A DNA stretch of 64,000 nucleotides from Acidimicrobiaceae bacterium (GTDB taxonomy: Bacteria > Actinomycetota > Acidimicrobiia > Acidimicrobiales > Bog-793): the NCBI GenBank assembly GCA_025464005.1, contig JAODBO010000062.1:4519-68518 (forward strand), read 5' to 3'. The position numbers were made by a program, and so were the translations under genes. This document shows, piece by piece, positions 52,646 to 64,000 of the stretch. Below the pieces are notes generated by a model, which did not search any database, was not told the origin of the DNA, and saw nothing but the letters and a program-made list of their open reading frames with translations. How positions within the stretch are numbered: position 1 is the stretch's first letter; each line of letters begins with the position of its first letter.

Positions 52646-53941
52646 CTAGCGGAGGAAGCCCTCGTAGTTTCGCATCGTCAGCTGGCTGTCGATCTGCTTG
52701 TTGGTCTCCAGGGCGACACCCACGCTGATGAGCAGGGTGGTGCCGAAGAAGGGGATCGACGTGATGTGCCACGCGGAAAGAAGGACCGAGGGCACGAGCG
52801 CAACGCCTGCGAGGAAGAGCGAGCCGGGAAGCGTGATCCTGTTCAAGATGCGCGAGAGATAGGTCTCCGTCGGAGGGCCGGGCCGGATGCCCGGGATATA
52901 ACCGCCCTGCTTGCGGATCGTGTCCGCCTGTTGATAGGGGTCGAAGCTCACCTGGACGTAGAAGAAGGTGAACACGACGATGAAGAGCCCGTAGAGGAAC
53001 AGGTAGACGCCACCGGTCGGGCTGTAGAGGTTCGCCTGGATCCAGGCACGGACGCCTCTCCACGGGATGATCGTCGCCACCAGCACCGGGATGTACAACA
53101 GCGAGCTGGCGAAGATGATCGGGATGACACCGGCCTGGTTGACCTTGAGCGGGATGTAGGTGCTCTGGCCCCCGTACATGCGGCGACCTTGGACCCGCTT
53201 GGCGAAGGTGACCGGGATGCGGCGCTGGCCCTGCTCGACGAAGACGATGGCCACCAGCAGGCAGACGCTCACGAAGCCGATGATGATGAGGCCGGCCCAC
53301 CCCTTGTCGCTCTTGATGAGGGTGACGTCGAGGGGCAGCGTCGCTACGACGTTGGCGAAGATGATGATCGACATCCCCTGGCCGATGCCGCGCTGGGTGA
53401 TCAGCTCGCCGAGCCACATGACGAACGCGGTGCCTGCCGTGAAGGTGAGGATGATGAACAGCACGTGGGGGACGGTGAAGTCCGGGATGAGGTCGGCACT
53501 CGAGCTCGACGTGCCGCCGAAGAGCTGACCCGAGCGGAGCAGGAACACGAGTCCCGACGACTGCATGAGGGCGAGCGCGATCGTGAGGTACCGGGTCGTC
53601 TGGGTGAGCTTTCGCTGACCGACGGCGCCCTGCTCGCGCCACTCGGCGAACTTCGGGATGACCGTCCCGAGCAGCTGCACGATGATCGACGAGGTGATGT
53701 AAGGCATGATCCCGAGCCCGAGGATCGCGGCGCGGGCGAGCGCACCGCCGGAGAACAGGTCGAGGTAGCCGAGGATCCCGGTGCCTTGCGATTGGGCCGT
53801 GATGCTGTGGATCCGCGCGTAGCTGACGCCGGGCACCGGGATGTTGGCGCCGAGCTGGTAGATCGCGACCACGAGGAGCGTGAAAAGCACCTTGTTGCGC
53901 AGGTCCGCGACCCGGACGATGTTCCTCACGCTGCCGAGCAC
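52646..53941 (-). CDS. secY: Preprotein translocase SecY
   Basis: LGIMPYITSSII, WLGELIT, PLKVNQAGVIPIIFA, IPGIRPG, YEGFLR; GGAGGTGAC-GTG start. Confidence 0.97.
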   Translation of the reverse strand: MLGSVRNIVRVADLRNKVLFTLLVVAIYQLGANIPVPGVSYARIHSITAQSQGTGILGYLDLFSGGALARAAILGLGIMPYITSSIIVQLLGTVIPKFAEWREQGAVGQRKLTQTTRYLTIALALMQSSGLVFLLRSGQLFGGTSSSSADLIPDFTVPHVLFIILTFTAGTAFVMWLGELITQRGIGQGMSIIIFANVVATLPLDVTLIKSDKGWAGLIIIGFVSVCLLVAIVFVEQGQRRIPVTFAKRVQGRRMYGGQSTYIPLKVNQAGVIPIIFASSLLYIPVLVATIIPWRGVRAWIQANLYSPTGGVYLFLYGLFIVVFTFFYVQVSFDPYQQADTIRKQGGYIPGIRPGPPTETYLSRILNRITLPGSLFLAGVALVPSVLLSAWHITSIPFFGTTLLISVGVALETNKQIDSQLTMRNYEGFLR

Positions 53942-54028
53942 GTCACCTCCCCTGGGACTGACGGACACGCTCCCGTGCGTCGATCGAAACGGCGGATCGC
54001 GCCGATCGATCCCGCGAGCGGAGCAAGG

Positions 54029-54517
54029 CTACCGGTTGGCGAGCGCGTTCCCCCGCACAGGGGGGCGGCGGTCGCCGTAGGGCGACGCCACGACGGTAGC
54101 GGTGCCTCCCGCCTGCTCGATCGCGCTCTTCGCGCTCGCCGAGAAGGCGTGGGCGTGGACGTTCAGCTTCCGGGACAGCTCGCCCCGACCCAGCACCTTG
54201 ACGAGGCCCTTGTGGTGGACGATCCCTGCCGCCTGGAGGCTCGCCGGAGTGATCTCGGTCATCTCGAGGGCCTCGAGGACGTCGACGTTGACGACGTTGT
54301 ACTCGATGCGGAACGGGTTGGCGAAGCCGCGCAGCTTGGGGATCCGCTGGGTCAGCGGGAGCTGACCACCTTCGAACCCAGGCTTGACGGTGTTGCGCGC
54401 CTTCTGACCCTTCGTGCCGCGGCCCGCGGTCTTGCCGCCCTTGCCACCCGTCCCTCGTCCCACCCGCCGCCGGGCCTTGTGGGCCCCCGGTGCCGGTGCG
54501 AGCTCGTGCAGCTCCAT
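54029..54517 (-). CDS. rplO: 50S ribosomal protein L15
   Basis: RVGRG...[16 protein letters not shown]. Confidence 0.97.
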   Translation of the reverse strand: MELHELAPAPGAHKARRRVGRGTGGKGGKTAGRGTKGQKARNTVKPGFEGGQLPLTQRIPKLRGFANPFRIEYNVVNVDVLEALEMTEITPASLQAAGIVHHKGLVKVLGRGELSRKLNVHAHAFSASAKSAIEQAGGTATVVASPYGDRRPPVRGNALANR

Positions 54518-54807
54518 CAGGCTGTTCCTTCCTGGCTAGCGCCGTGCGCGTCGCTTCGACGGGAACGGCCGCTCGTGTAGTTCTCGAGATCGGATGCCGC
54601 AGCTGGCTCGATCGTCACGAGATGCGGCACACGTGCGAGCATGCCACGGATCTCCGGCCGATCGGGCAGCAGGCTCGACTGGCCGATCTTGCGCAGGCCG
54701 AGTGCCCGGAGCGTGCCCCGGTGCTTCGGCTTCGTGCCGATGCCCGACTTCACCTGCGTGACGATGAGCGCGCCTGCCTCGTCGGCAACCGGCTTCTTGG
54801 CGGCCAT
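54517..54807 (-). CDS. rpmD: 50S ribosomal protein L30 with terminal extensions
   Basis: VTQVKSGIG...[11 protein letters not shown]...[12 protein letters not shown]; 96 aa. Confidence 0.93.
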   Translation of the reverse strand: MAAKKPVADEAGALIVTQVKSGIGTKPKHRGTLRALGLRKIGQSSLLPDRPEIRGMLARVPHLVTIEPAAASDLENYTSGRSRRSDAHGASQEGTA

Positions 54808-54808
54808 G

Positions 54809-55357
54809 TCAGCGTGCCTCCGCCGCGAGACGAGTCGCGTTGCGTCGCTCGTCGTAGGCTCGGAGCACTCCCGCCGGCGTGACCTCTTCGGGGGTCTTGC
54901 CGCGGAGCCGGGCGACCTCGTCCGGGCGCCGCAGTGCACGCAGGCCCGCGATCGTGGCGTGCGCCACGTTGATCGCGTTGGACGTGCCGAGCGACTTCGC
55001 GACGATGTCGTGGATCCCGGCCATCTCGAGGATGGCGCGCGCCGCACCGCCGGCGATGACGCCTGTACCGGGAGCTGCCGGCTTCAGCAGGATCTTTCCG
55101 GCGCCGGCGGAGCCGAGGACCGGGTGGGTGATCGTCGAGCCGGCGAGGGGAACCTCGAAGAGGTTCTTCTTCGCTTCGTCGATGCCCTTCTGGACCGCGA
55201 GCCCGGCTTCCTTGGCCTTGCCGTAGCCCAGGCCGACCCGGCCCTGGCCGTCGCCGATCACCATGAGCGCGGTGAAGGAGAACCGACGACCGCCCTTGAC
55301 GACCTTCGCGACGCGGTTGACCTTGATCGTCCGCTCTTCGTACTGCGTTTCGGCCAT
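54809..55357 (-). CDS. rpsE: 30S ribosomal protein S5
   Basis: [23 protein letters not shown]. Confidence 0.98.
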   Translation of the reverse strand: MAETQYEERTIKVNRVAKVVKGGRRFSFTALMVIGDGQGRVGLGYGKAKEAGLAVQKGIDEAKKNLFEVPLAGSTITHPVLGSAGAGKILLKPAAPGTGVIAGGAARAILEMAGIHDIVAKSLGTSNAINVAHATIAGLRALRRPDEVARLRGKTPEEVTPAGVLRAYDERRNATRLAAEAR

Positions 55358-55359
55358 CG

Positions 55360-55722
55360 TCAGAACTCCAATCCCGCTTCGCGGGCTGCGTCGGCAAGTG
55401 CGGCGACCCTGCCGTGGTAGCGCGAGCCGCCGCGGTCGAACACGACCTTCTCGATGCCCTTCTCGCGGGCCCGGGCGGCGACGAGGCGGCCGACCTCGGC
55501 AGCCGCAGCGGCGTTGCCGGTCGCGCCTGCGCGAAGCGACGCTTCGACGGTCGACGCGGCCGCGAGCGTGTGGCCCGCGACGTCGTCGATCACCTGGGCC
55601 ACGATGTGGCGGTTGGAGCGGAACACCGCGAGGCGGGGCCGCTCCGGGGTCCCGGAGACCTTGACGCGGACTCGCTGGTGGCGGCGCGTACGCAGCCGGT
55701 GGAGCGATGCAGCGTTAGCCAT
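55360..55722 (-). CDS. rplR: 50S ribosomal protein L18
   Basis: [27 protein letters not shown]. Confidence 0.98.
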   Translation of the reverse strand: MANAASLHRLRTRRHQRVRVKVSGTPERPRLAVFRSNRHIVAQVIDDVAGHTLAAASTVEASLRAGATGNAAAAAEVGRLVAARAREKGIEKVVFDRGGSRYHGRVAALADAAREAGLEF

Positions 55723-55724
55723 GG

Positions 55725-56270
55725 CTACTTACCAGCCTTCCCAGCCTTGCGAAGCACGACCTCGCCGGCGTAGCGCACGCCCTTGCCCTTGTAGGGCTCG
55801 GGCTTGCGGAGCTTCCTGATGTCGGCCGCGACCTGGCCGACCTTCTCCTTGTCGATGCCGCGCACCGTGATCCGGGTCGGAGCCGGGACCTCGAAGCTGA
55901 TGCCCTCCGGCGCGTCGACGACGACCGGGTGGCTGAACCCGAGCGCGAGCTCGAGCTGGCTCGGACCCTTGGCGATCGCGCGATAGCCGACGCCGACGAT
56001 CTCGAGGTCTTTGGCGAAACCGTCGGTGACACCGAGGACCATGTTGGCGACGAGCGTTCTCGTGAGACCGTGCAGGGCACGGCTCATCCGTTCGTCGTTG
56101 GGGCGCTCCACGATGACAGCCTTCGTCTCGTCGTCCCGGCGCAGCGAAATCCGCGAATGGATCTCACGCTCGAGGCTCCCCTTCGGGCCTCGCACGACGA
56201 CTCGTGAGTCACCGAGGTCGACCTCCACCCCGGAGGGCACCGGAATCGGCACGCGTCCGATGCGTGACAT
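55725..56270 (-). CDS. rplF: 50S ribosomal protein L6
   Basis: [18 protein letters not shown]. Confidence 0.98.
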   Translation of the reverse strand: MSRIGRVPIPVPSGVEVDLGDSRVVVRGPKGSLEREIHSRISLRRDDETKAVIVERPNDERMSRALHGLTRTLVANMVLGVTDGFAKDLEIVGVGYRAIAKGPSQLELALGFSHPVVVDAPEGISFEVPAPTRITVRGIDKEKVGQVAADIRKLRKPEPYKGKGVRYAGEVVLRKAGKAGK

Positions 56271-56297
56271 CAGCGCACCACCTCGTTCACTCGGGGC

Positions 56298-56702
56298 TCA
56301 CCAGACATAACAGAGCACCTCCCCGCCGACGCGATGCTGACGCGCCTCGCGGTCGGTCATCAGGCCCTTGCTCGTCGAGAGCACCGCCACGCCCAGGCCA
56401 CCAAGGACACGCGGCAACTTGTCGGCCGCCACGTAGACCCGGAGTCCCGGGGTCGAGACGCGCTTCAGGCCGGCGATGGCCCGCAGACGCTCGGTCGTGT
56501 ACTTCATCTGGATCTCGAGCACCGAGCCAGGACGCGCCGGGTCCTCGGTCATCTCGAACCCCGAGATGTAGCCCTCGCGCTCCAGGATCTTGGCTAGCGA
56601 GATCTTCAACTTCGAGCCAGGCATGCGCACGCTGTCGTGCATCGCAACATTGGCGTTGCGAACCCGCGTGAGCATGTCCGCGATCGGGTCGGTCATCGTC
56701 AT
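56298..56702 (-). CDS. rpsH: 30S ribosomal protein S8
   Basis: [26 protein letters not shown]. Confidence 0.98.
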   Translation of the reverse strand: MTMTDPIADMLTRVRNANVAMHDSVRMPGSKLKISLAKILEREGYISGFEMTEDPARPGSVLEIQMKYTTERLRAIAGLKRVSTPGLRVYVAADKLPRVLGGLGVAVLSTSKGLMTDREARQHRVGGEVLCYVW

Positions 56703-56718
56703 CTTTGATCGCCCCCTC

Positions 56719-56904
56719 TCACCAGCTGGCCTTGGTGACGCCGGGCACTTCGCCGGCGTGTACGAGCTCGCGCAGACAGATACGGCAGAGCCCGAAGCGG
56801 CGGTACACGGCCTTGGGCCGGCCGCAGCGCCGGCAACGGGTGTAGCCGCGCACCTTGTACTTGGGCTTGCGCTGCTGCTTCTCGATGAGTGCCTTCTTCG
56901 CCAT
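56719..56904 (-). CDS. rpsN: 30S ribosomal protein S14, type Z
   Basis: MAKKAL...RCRRCGR...LCRICLR...KASW; 61 aa. Confidence 0.97.
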   Translation of the reverse strand: MAKKALIEKQQRKPKYKVRGYTRCRRCGRPKAVYRRFGLCRICLRELVHAGEVPGVTKASW

Positions 56905-56911
56905 CGGTCGC

Positions 56912-57490
56912 CTACTGCCCTTCGCGTCTGAACGGAAAGCCGAAGGCGTCGAGCAGAGCCCGGCCCTCGGCATCGGTACGAGCCGTCGTCACTAGCGTGA
57001 TGTCCATCCCGCGGGTCGAGTCGACCTTGTCGTACTCGATCTCGGGGAAGATCAGCTGCTCGGTGACGCCGAACGTGTAGTTGCCGTGCCCGTCGAACGA
57101 ACGGGAGGGAAGTCCGCGAAAGTCACGGATCCGCGGGATCGCCAGGCTGATCAAGCGGTCGAGGAACTCCCACATGCGGTCGCCGCGCAGCGTCACCATG
57201 CAACCGATCGCGTTGCCCTCGCGGAGCTTGAACGAGGCGATCGACTTGCGGGCCTTGGTCACCACCGGCTGCTGACCGGTGATGGTCCCGAGGTCCCGGA
57301 CCGCGCCGTCGAGCAGCGACTGCTGCTGGGTGGCGCGGCCGACACCGATGTTCACGACGATCTTCTCGAAGCGCGGCACTTCCATGATGTTGCCGAGGCC
57401 GAGCTCGCTCGCGAGCTGCGCGCGGATCTCGCTGTCGTAGCGCTGCTTCAGCCGTGGTCGCTCCACGGCAGCGCCTGTCACGCCGGTCAC
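56912..57490 (-). CDS. rplE: 50S ribosomal protein L5
   Basis: [26 protein letters not shown]. Confidence 0.98.
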   Translation of the reverse strand: MTGVTGAAVERPRLKQRYDSEIRAQLASELGLGNIMEVPRFEKIVVNIGVGRATQQQSLLDGAVRDLGTITGQQPVVTKARKSIASFKLREGNAIGCMVTLRGDRMWEFLDRLISLAIPRIRDFRGLPSRSFDGHGNYTFGVTEQLIFPEIEYDKVDSTRGMDITLVTTARTDAEGRALLDAFGFPFRREGQ

Positions 57491-57792
57491 AGGTCACCAC
57501 CGCACTTGCGACAGACACGGACCTTGTTGCCGTCCTCGTCGAAGCGGTAGCCGACACGTGAGGGCCCACAGTTCGAGCAGAGGATCGCGACCGAGGCGAC
57601 GTGCATCGGCATGTCCTTGTCGATGATCCCGCCCTGGGTCGTAGCCCGCGTCGCGCGGGTGTGACGCTTCGCGATGTTGACGCCGGAGACGATCACCTTG
57701 CGCTCGGCCGGCATGGCGCGAATGACCTCGCCGGTCTTGCCCCGGTCCTTGCCGGAGAGCACCTGCACGCGGTCGCCCTTGTGGATCTTCAT
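57487..57792 (-). CDS. rplX: 50S ribosomal protein L24
   Basis: [25 protein letters not shown]...CRKC. Confidence 0.97.
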   Translation of the reverse strand: MKIHKGDRVQVLSGKDRGKTGEVIRAMPAERKVIVSGVNIAKRHTRATRATTQGGIIDKDMPMHVASVAILCSNCGPSRVGYRFDEDGNKVRVCRKCGGDL

Positions 57793-58161
57793 CTAGATCA
57801 CCTCCGGAGCGAGGCTGACGATGCGCATGAAGCGCTTGTCACGCAGCTCGCGACCCACCGGGCCGAAGATGCGCGTGCCTCGCGGCTGCAACTGGTCGTT
57901 GATGAGCACCGCCGCGTTCTCGTCGAAGCGGATGTAGCTGCCGTCGGGACGGCGCTTCTCCTTCTTCGCACGCACGACGACGCACCTCACGACGTCACCT
58001 TTCTTGACTGCGGCACCCGGTACGGCGTCCTTCACCGTCGCGATGAAGACGTCACCGATGCGGGCGTAGCGGCGCCGTGACCCCCCGAGCACCTTGATGC
58101 ACAGGACTTCCTTGGCGCCGGAGTTGTCCGCGACCCTGAGTCGCGACTCCTGCTGGATCAT
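57793..58161 (-). CDS. rplN: 50S ribosomal protein L14
   Basis: [30 protein letters not shown]. Confidence 0.98.
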   Translation of the reverse strand: MIQQESRLRVADNSGAKEVLCIKVLGGSRRRYARIGDVFIATVKDAVPGAAVKKGDVVRCVVVRAKKEKRRPDGSYIRFDENAAVLINDQLQPRGTRIFGPVGRELRDKRFMRIVSLAPEVI

Positions 58162-58448
58162 CGGGCACGCTCCAGGACCTCGACGAGACGCCAGCGCTTC
58201 AGCTTCGACAGCGGGCGGGTCTCGGAGACCCGTACCCGGTCGCCGACCTGCGCGACGTTCTCCTGGTCGTGGACGTACAGCCGCTTCGTACGCTGCACCG
58301 TCTTCGCGTAGCGGGCATGACGCACCCGCTCCACGACCGCGACGACGGCGGTCTTGTCCATTGCGCTCGAGACGACCGTGCCCTCCCGCTCTTTGCGGTG
58401 GTCCTCACGGGCGGCCTCTACGGCGGCGGTCTTGTCGGCGTCGGCCAT
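58158..58448 (-). CDS. rpsQ: 30S ribosomal protein S17
   Basis: [22 protein letters not shown]. Confidence 0.97.
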   Translation of the reverse strand: MADADKTAAVEAAREDHRKEREGTVVSSAMDKTAVVAVVERVRHARYAKTVQRTKRLYVHDQENVAQVGDRVRVSETRPLSKLKRWRLVEVLERAR

Positions 58449-58687
58449 CAGTCCTCTGTCCTCTCGCCGCGAGCTCCCCGCACGGCCTCATGGTTGCCCG
58501 AGGTGCGCTCCACCTCGAGCGTGATGATCCGCGCGATCTCCTTGCGGACCTGACCGATACGGCTGATGTTGTCCAGCCTGCCGGTGGCGAGCTGGAACCT
58601 CAGGTTGAACAGCTCCTTGCGGGCCTCCGCGAGGCGGTCGCCCAGCTCGTCGCTCTCGAGCTCGCGCAACTCCACGGCCTTGGTCAT
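58448..58687 (-). CDS. rpmC: 50S ribosomal protein L29
   Basis: [22 protein letters not shown]. Confidence 0.96.
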   Translation of the reverse strand: MTKAVELRELESDELGDRLAEARKELFNLRFQLATGRLDNISRIGQVRKEIARIITLEVERTSGNHEAVRGARGERTED

Positions 58688-59124
58688 TGGACCTGCACCT
58701 CGGACTCGGAGCCGACACCCGGCCGGACGACGAAGCGGGCCTTGATCGGCAGCTTCTGGATAGCGCGCTCCATGGCGCCGCGCGCGAGCTGCTCGTCCAC
58801 GCCGGCAAGCTCGAACAGGATCCGTCCCGGCCGCACGACCGCCACCCACCGCTCCGGATTGCCCTTTCCCGAGCCCATGCGGGTCTCGGCTGGCTTCTCG
58901 GTGACCGGCTTGTCCGGGAAGACCCGGATCCACACCTTGCCGCCTCGGCGCACGTAGCGGGTCATGGCGATACGAGCGGCCTCGATCTGGCGCGCGGTGA
59001 TCCATCCCGGCTCCAGCGCCTGGATGCCGTAGTCGCCGAAGTCGACCGTCTGGCCACCCTTGGCGGCGCCGGTGAGCCGGCCGCGGTGCTGCTTGCGGTG
59101 CTTGACCTTGCGGGGCATCAGCAT
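58684..59124 (-). CDS. rplP: 50S ribosomal protein L16
   Basis: [23 protein letters not shown]. Confidence 0.98.
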   Translation of the reverse strand: MLMPRKVKHRKQHRGRLTGAAKGGQTVDFGDYGIQALEPGWITARQIEAARIAMTRYVRRGGKVWIRVFPDKPVTEKPAETRMGSGKGNPERWVAVVRPGRILFELAGVDEQLARGAMERAIQKLPIKARFVVRPGVGSESEVQVQ

Positions 59125-59126
59125 GG

Positions 59127-60110
59127 TCAGTCCGTCTCCTTGCGGAAGTGCGGGACGTCGTGGTGCTCGTCGCGGGTACGGCGCTCGATCTCTTCCTCCT
59201 CGGCGAGGAGGCGCTCCAACGGGTCGTCCGAACTGACGACCGGCGCAGGGGGCGCGGGAGCCGCCACCGTCTCGTCGCCCGCAGGGACTGCGACCAGCGG
59301 CTCCTCGACGCCCTGGGCGACATCACCTGGCGTCTCGGCTGCCACGGCGACCGGCTCGGCGGCCTCCGGCCGGCGGCGACCGCCCCCGGCGCTCACGATG
59401 CGGCGCGGCCGGCTCTGGCCGGACGTCTCGCCGACGGCCATCGCGGCCTCGCGGCTGATCTTGTCCTCGGACGCCATCTTGTACGGCAGGATGTCGCCCT
59501 TGTAGATCCACACCTTGACGCCGACGCGGCCGGTGGAGGTGCGAGCCTCACGGAAGCCGTAGTCGATGTCGGCGCGGAGGGTGTGCAGCGGGACCCGGCC
59601 CTCGCGATAGGACTCGCGCCGCGCCATCTCCGAACCACCGAGGCGGCCGGAGCACTGGACGCGCACGCCGAGCGCACCGGCCTTCTGGACAGTCTGGATC
59701 GCACGCTTCATCGCTCGGCGGAAGCTGATCCGGCGCGCGAGCTGGTCGGCGATGCCCTGCGCGATGAGGGCGGCGTCGAGCTCGGGCTGCTTGATCTCTT
59801 GGATGTTGAGCTGGATGTTGGCGTTCTTGGTGATGCGGCCGAGCTGCTTGCGCAGCCGGTCGGCCTCGGCTCCCCTGCGACCGATGACGATGCCCGGCCG
59901 CGCGGTGTGCACGTCGACGCGCAGGCGGTCGCGCGTGCGCTCCACCTCGATGCGGCTCACCGCAGCGGCCTCGAGCTGGCTCGTCAGGTAGTCGCGGATC
60001 TTCCAGTCCTCGATGACGGCGTTCTGGTAGCCGCGGTCCTCGAACCATCGCGACTTCCAGTCCGTCGTGATCCCGAGACGGAACCCGTAAGGGTTGACCT
60101 TCTGACCCAT
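59127..60110 (-). CDS. rpsC: 30S ribosomal protein S3 with long C-terminal extension
   Basis: [34 protein letters not shown]. Confidence 0.98.
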   Translation of the reverse strand: MGQKVNPYGFRLGITTDWKSRWFEDRGYQNAVIEDWKIRDYLTSQLEAAAVSRIEVERTRDRLRVDVHTARPGIVIGRRGAEADRLRKQLGRITKNANIQLNIQEIKQPELDAALIAQGIADQLARRISFRRAMKRAIQTVQKAGALGVRVQCSGRLGGSEMARRESYREGRVPLHTLRADIDYGFREARTSTGRVGVKVWIYKGDILPYKMASEDKISREAAMAVGETSGQSRPRRIVSAGGGRRRPEAAEPVAVAAETPGDVAQGVEEPLVAVPAGDETVAAPAPPAPVVSSDDPLERLLAEEEEIERRTRDEHHDVPHFRKETD

Positions 60111-60799
60111 CAGTCTGCGTCCTCTCCCGACGCGGTGGCGTCGGTTGCGGCGTCCTCAGACGCCGGCGTCTCGGTGGTGTCGACCTCGACCGCGTCCACG
60201 GCCTCGTCGTCCCGGGCCTCGGCGTGGGCCGCCGTGGCTTCAGCGTCCTCGGGCACCCACGACACGGGCTCGTCCAACCCGGGCTGGTCGAGTGCCGGGT
60301 CGACCGCCGTCTCGGCGACGGCGTCCGCCTGCGCACGGCCGGCCGCGGACCCGCTCGCACGGCGGGTGCCGGCGACGCGACGCGCCCGGCGGTCCGTGGC
60401 CTCGGCCGCGACACGCGCCCGGCGGCGGGCGAGCTTCTCTTCGGGCATGCGGGCGAGCACGACCGTGATGTGGCAGGTCCGCTTGCGAATGCGGGTCGCA
60501 CGGCCCCTGGCGCGCGGACGCCACCGCTTCAGCGTCGTGCCCTCATCGGCGAAGGCCGAGGCGAGGTACATCTCCTCGGGATCGAGGCCCTCGTTGTGCA
60601 AGGCATTAGCCGCGGCCGAGCGCACGAGCTTGGCGACCACCGGCGCGGCGGCGCGATCGGTGTGGTCGAGGATCTCGAGCGCGCGGCTGAGCTCCATGCC
60701 ACGCACCAGGTCCAGGACCTCACGCACCTTGTAGCTGGACATACGGCAGTAGCGGAGCACGGCTCGCGTGCCGGGCCGCTCGTTCGTCTTCACGGCCAC
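60110..60799 (-). CDS. rplV: 50S ribosomal protein L22 with acidic C-terminal extension
   Basis: [22 protein letters not shown]. Confidence 0.97.
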   Translation of the reverse strand: MAVKTNERPGTRAVLRYCRMSSYKVREVLDLVRGMELSRALEILDHTDRAAAPVVAKLVRSAAANALHNEGLDPEEMYLASAFADEGTTLKRWRPRARGRATRIRKRTCHITVVLARMPEEKLARRRARVAAEATDRRARRVAGTRRASGSAAGRAQADAVAETAVDPALDQPGLDEPVSWVPEDAEATAAHAEARDDEAVDAVEVDTTETPASEDAATDATASGEDAD

Positions 60800-60801
60800 G
60801 G

Positions 60802-61080
<279 letters not shown>

Positions 61081-61100
61081 ACGGTCCTCGCTCGGTTGCC

Positions 61101-61937
61101 TCAGCGCCTCGCGCCGCGGGTGCGGCGGCGACGAACGATGAGCTGGTTGGACTGCTTCTTACGGGAGCGTGTGCGTCCCTCGGCCTTGCCCCACGGAGAA
61201 ACGGGGTGACGCCCACCGGAGGTCTTGCCCTCGCCACCACCAAGAGGGTGGTCGACAGGGTTCATCGCGACACCGCGGGTCTGGGGGCGTACGCCCTTCC
61301 AGCGGTTGCGGCCTGCCTTGCCGATCGAGATCAGCTCGGCCTCGGAGTTGCCGACCTCGCCGACGGTCGCCCGGCAGTCGATCGAGACGCGGCGCATCTC
61401 GGTCGAGGGCAGCCGGAGCGTGGCGTACGCGCCCTCCTTGGCGACGAGCTGCACGCTCATGCCAGCGCCACGGGCGATCTTGCCGCCACCGCCGGGACGC
61501 AGCTCGACGTTGTGCACGACGGAGCCGACCGGGATGTAGCGCAGCGGAAGAGCGTTGCCGGGGCGGATGTCCGCGCCCTGGCCCGACTGCACCACGTCGC
61601 CGACCGTCACCCGCTGCGGGGCGAGGATGTAGCGCTTCTCGCCGTCGGCGTAGTGCAGGAGCGCAATACGGGCGTTGCGGTTGGGGTCGTATTCGATCGC
61701 GGCGACCTTGGCCGGGATGCCGTCCTTGTCGCGCCAGAAGTCGATGATGCGATACTGGCGCTTGTGGCCGCCGCCGCGGTGACGCGCCGTCTTGCGGCCG
61801 TAGCTGTTGCGCCCGCCGCTCGAGGGCAGGGGCACGACGAGCGAGCGCTCGGGGCGGTCCTTGGTGATCTCCGCGAAGTCCGAGACCGACTGGAACCGTC
61901 GGCCGGGACTCGTGGGCTTACGTTTGCGCACTGCCAT
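61101..61937 (-). CDS. rplB: 50S ribosomal protein L2
   Basis: [23 protein letters not shown]. Confidence 0.98.
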   Translation of the reverse strand: MAVRKRKPTSPGRRFQSVSDFAEITKDRPERSLVVPLPSSGGRNSYGRKTARHRGGGHKRQYRIIDFWRDKDGIPAKVAAIEYDPNRNARIALLHYADGEKRYILAPQRVTVGDVVQSGQGADIRPGNALPLRYIPVGSVVHNVELRPGGGGKIARGAGMSVQLVAKEGAYATLRLPSTEMRRVSIDCRATVGEVGNSEAELISIGKAGRNRWKGVRPQTRGVAMNPVDHPLGGGEGKTSGGRHPVSPWGKAEGRTRSRKKQSNQLIVRRRRTRGARR

Positions 61938-61947
61938 TGCTCGCCCC

Positions 61948-62238
61948 TCAGCTCTCGAACAGCTCGATGCGGTCGTCACCGACGAGGCGCACAATGGCGC
62001 GCTTCGAGTCGGAACGCTTGCCGAACGTCGCCTGGCGACGGTTGCGCTTGCGCTTGCCCTTGCGGTTCAAGGTGTTCACGCTGGCGACCCGCACGCCGAA
62101 GGAACCTTCGACCGCCTCGCGGATCTCGACCTTGCTCGCCCGGGGGTCGACGACGAAGACATAGGCGCCCTGGTCCATGAGGCCGTAGGACTTCTCGGAG
62201 ATGACCGGGCGGATCAGGACAACGCGGTCGCTCGGCAT
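61948..62238 (-). CDS. rplW: 50S ribosomal protein L23
   Basis: [25 protein letters not shown]. Confidence 0.97.
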   Translation of the reverse strand: MPSDRVVLIRPVISEKSYGLMDQGAYVFVVDPRASKVEIREAVEGSFGVRVASVNTLNRKGKRKRNRRQATFGKRSDSKRAIVRLVGDDRIELFES

Positions 62239-63161
62239 CAGTTCGACTCCTCGTCGCTGGCAGCGTCTTCGGTGGCAGCGTCTTCGGTTGCAGCGTCTTC
62301 GGTGACAGCGTCATCGGTGGCAGCGCCATCGGTGGCGGTGGGCGCTTCCGTCGGCGCGCTCTCCGGCTCCGTGACCACGGACTCGACCTCGGGCTCGGTG
62401 GCCGCCGACTCGGCCTCGGCGACCTCGGGCTCGGCGACAACCTCGGGCTCGGCGACAACCTCGGCCTTCGGCTTCGTGGCTCGCTTGGCCTTCGGCGCGG
62501 CGGCCGCATCGGCGAGAACCACGACTTCGCCGGGCAGCGTGGCGTCGGTGAACACGATGCAGTCTGCCGCCAGCACGTCGTAGGCGCTCAGCTGGTCGGC
62601 CGGCACCGAAGCGACGTTTGGCAGGTTTGCAAAGGAGCGGGCTGCCAGCACGTCGTCACGGCCCATCACGAGCAGGATCGTCCCCGAGCAGCCCGCGGCC
62701 GTGAGGAACTTCACGGCGTCCTTCGTCTTTGGGACCTCGAACGTCCAGCAGTCGACGACCGAGATGCGACCGGAGCCCGCCCGGTCCGACAGGGCGCAGC
62801 GCAGCGCCTGCTGCACCATCTTGCGCGGCGTCCGCTGGGCATAGCTTCGTGGCTTCGGGCCGAGGGCAACCCCACCGCCGCTGTAGTGCGGCGCGCGGAT
62901 CGAGCCCTGGCGGGCATTGCCCGTGCCCTTCTGGCGGTACGGCTTGGCCGAGCCGCCCTTTACCTCGGCGCGCGTCCGCGTGCTCTGGGTGCCTGAGCGC
63001 CTCGCCGCGAGCTGGGCGGTCACGACCTGGTGGAGCAGTGGGACGTTGAGCTCGACGCCGAAGATCGACGCGTCGAGCTCGACATGGCCGAGCAGCTCGC
63101 CCGCCGAGGAGCGACGCTCGACGGTGACGCTCGTCGCGACGTCGGTCGCAGCGGCGCTCAT
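62238..63161 (-). CDS. rplD: 50S ribosomal protein L4 with acidic repeat tail
   Basis: KPYRQKGTGNARQGS, GGGVALGPKPRSY; tail contains VVAEPE and TEDAA repeats. Confidence 0.97.
   Translation of the reverse strand: MSAAATDVATSVTVERRSSAGELLGHVELDASIFGVELNVPLLHQVVTAQLAARRSGTQSTRTRAEVKGGSAKPYRQKGTGNARQGSIRAPHYSGGGVALGPKPRSYAQRTPRKMVQQALRCALSDRAGSGRISVVDCWTFEVPKTKDAVKFLTAAGCSGTILLVMGRDDVLAARSFANLPNVASVPADQLSAYDVLAADCIVFTDATLPGEVVVLADAAAAPKAKRATKPKAEVVAEPEVVAEPEVAEAESAATEPEVESVVTEPESAPTEAPTATDGAATDDAVTEDAATEDAATEDAASDEESN
62260..62334. repeat. 15-bp coding tandem repeat x5 in the rplD tail
   Basis: GCAGCGTCTTCGGTG-like units (TEDAA). An 18-bp duplication ACCTCGGGCTCGGCGACA also lies at 62422-62457. 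Confidence 0.85.
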
Positions 63162-63802
63162 CGGACACCGCCCTTCACCGCTTCGCGGAGCATGACGATC
63201 GAGCCTCGGGGACCGGGCACTGCGCCCTTCACGAGGACGAGCTGACGCTCTGCATCGGCCTCGACGACCTCGAGATTGAGCGTCGTCACGCGCTCGTGAC
63301 CCATGTGACCAGCCATCTTCGTTCCCTTGAAGACACGAGCCGGCGTGGCGCAGGCTCCGATCGAGCCCGGCGCGCGGTGCTTCTTGTGGTTGCCGTGCCC
63401 GGCGCCCTGGCCCTTGAAGTTGTGGCGCTTCATCGCACCGGCGAAGCCCTTGCCCTTCGAGACCGCGGTCACGTCGACCTTCTCACCGGCCGTGAGCACA
63501 CCGGCATCGATCTCCTGGCCGACGACGTAGCCAGTCGTGTCGTCGACGCGGAGCTCGACGAGCTTGCGACCGGGGTCGACACCGGCATGGGTGAAGTGCC
63601 CCGCCTCGGGCTTGGTGAGGGCGCCGGCCCGCCGGACGCCGTAGGTGACCTGAAGCGCGGAGTAGCCCTCCCGCTCTGGGGTCTTCACCTGAACGATCCG
63701 GATCGGCGTGACCCTGACGACGGTCACCGGGACGACCCGGTGCTCCGCGTCGAAGACCTGGGTCATGCCGACCTTCTCGCCGACGATCGCCTTCGTTGCC
63801 AT
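63158..63802 (-). CDS. rplC: 50S ribosomal protein L3
   Basis: GEKVGMTQVF, SKGKGFAG, RAPGSIG, KGAVPG. Confidence 0.98.
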   Translation of the reverse strand: MATKAIVGEKVGMTQVFDAEHRVVPVTVVRVTPIRIVQVKTPEREGYSALQVTYGVRRAGALTKPEAGHFTHAGVDPGRKLVELRVDDTTGYVVGQEIDAGVLTAGEKVDVTAVSKGKGFAGAMKRHNFKGQGAGHGNHKKHRAPGSIGACATPARVFKGTKMAGHMGHERVTTLNLEVVEADAERQLVLVKGAVPGPRGSIVMLREAVKGGVR

Positions 63803-63942
63803 CGTGTGCTCGTCTCTCCGTAGTGCCGTCGTGCCGTATACCGGGCGTGACACACCATGCCGCGCGAGCCAGACCCGCGCGGCCGACCGCACCTGGGGCT
63901 TGAATCGGGCGGAACGGCCTGTACCGTCCCACGCTCATGCGT

Positions 63943-63975
63943 GCGCTCCGCTCGGGAAAAACCGGAGCGGAGCGC
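63943..63975. other. Strong hairpin upstream of rplC
   Basis: GCGCTCCGCTC...GAGCGGAGCGC 11-bp stem. Confidence 0.6.
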
Positions 63976-64000
63976 TCGTTCGTTACTGCCGGGGGGTCCC

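Overview
A very GC-rich (roughly 70%) actinobacterial core-genome window. Gene content and protein styles suggest class Acidimicrobiia, which is an inference. Left part: a chelatase/MoxR-like AAA+ ATPase with the 5' end of its vWA partner, an Sdh1-type succinate dehydrogenase operon extended by SCP2 and ABM genes, a cysteine dioxygenase-rhodanese fusion, azoR with a divergent HxlR regulator, mdh, galTEK and icd. Middle: purN-purH-folD-metF, sucCD, an EF-G paralogue, pcrA, guaA, two GT-C-like membrane proteins flanking guaB3, a Nudix hydrolase, groES-groEL with CIRCE, and glmM-glmS-acpS-nnr-alr-udg-tsaE-tsaB-rimI-tsaD. Right part: the S10/spc/alpha ribosomal cluster from rplC to rpsI. I saw no mobile element, CRISPR array, tRNA or rRNA. 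The unusual signals are mostly translational. infA and truA appear to start at CTG. folD lacks a canonical start before its conserved N-terminus. Two identical stop/start-overlapping hexapeptide mini-ORFs link udg to tsaE. An in-frame, stop-free Pro/acidic spacer lies between the AAA+ and vWA genes. Eight genes carry a leaderless TANNNT-N6/7-start signature. All functional readings of these signals are hypotheses. Many starts were corrected from the ORF track by hand.
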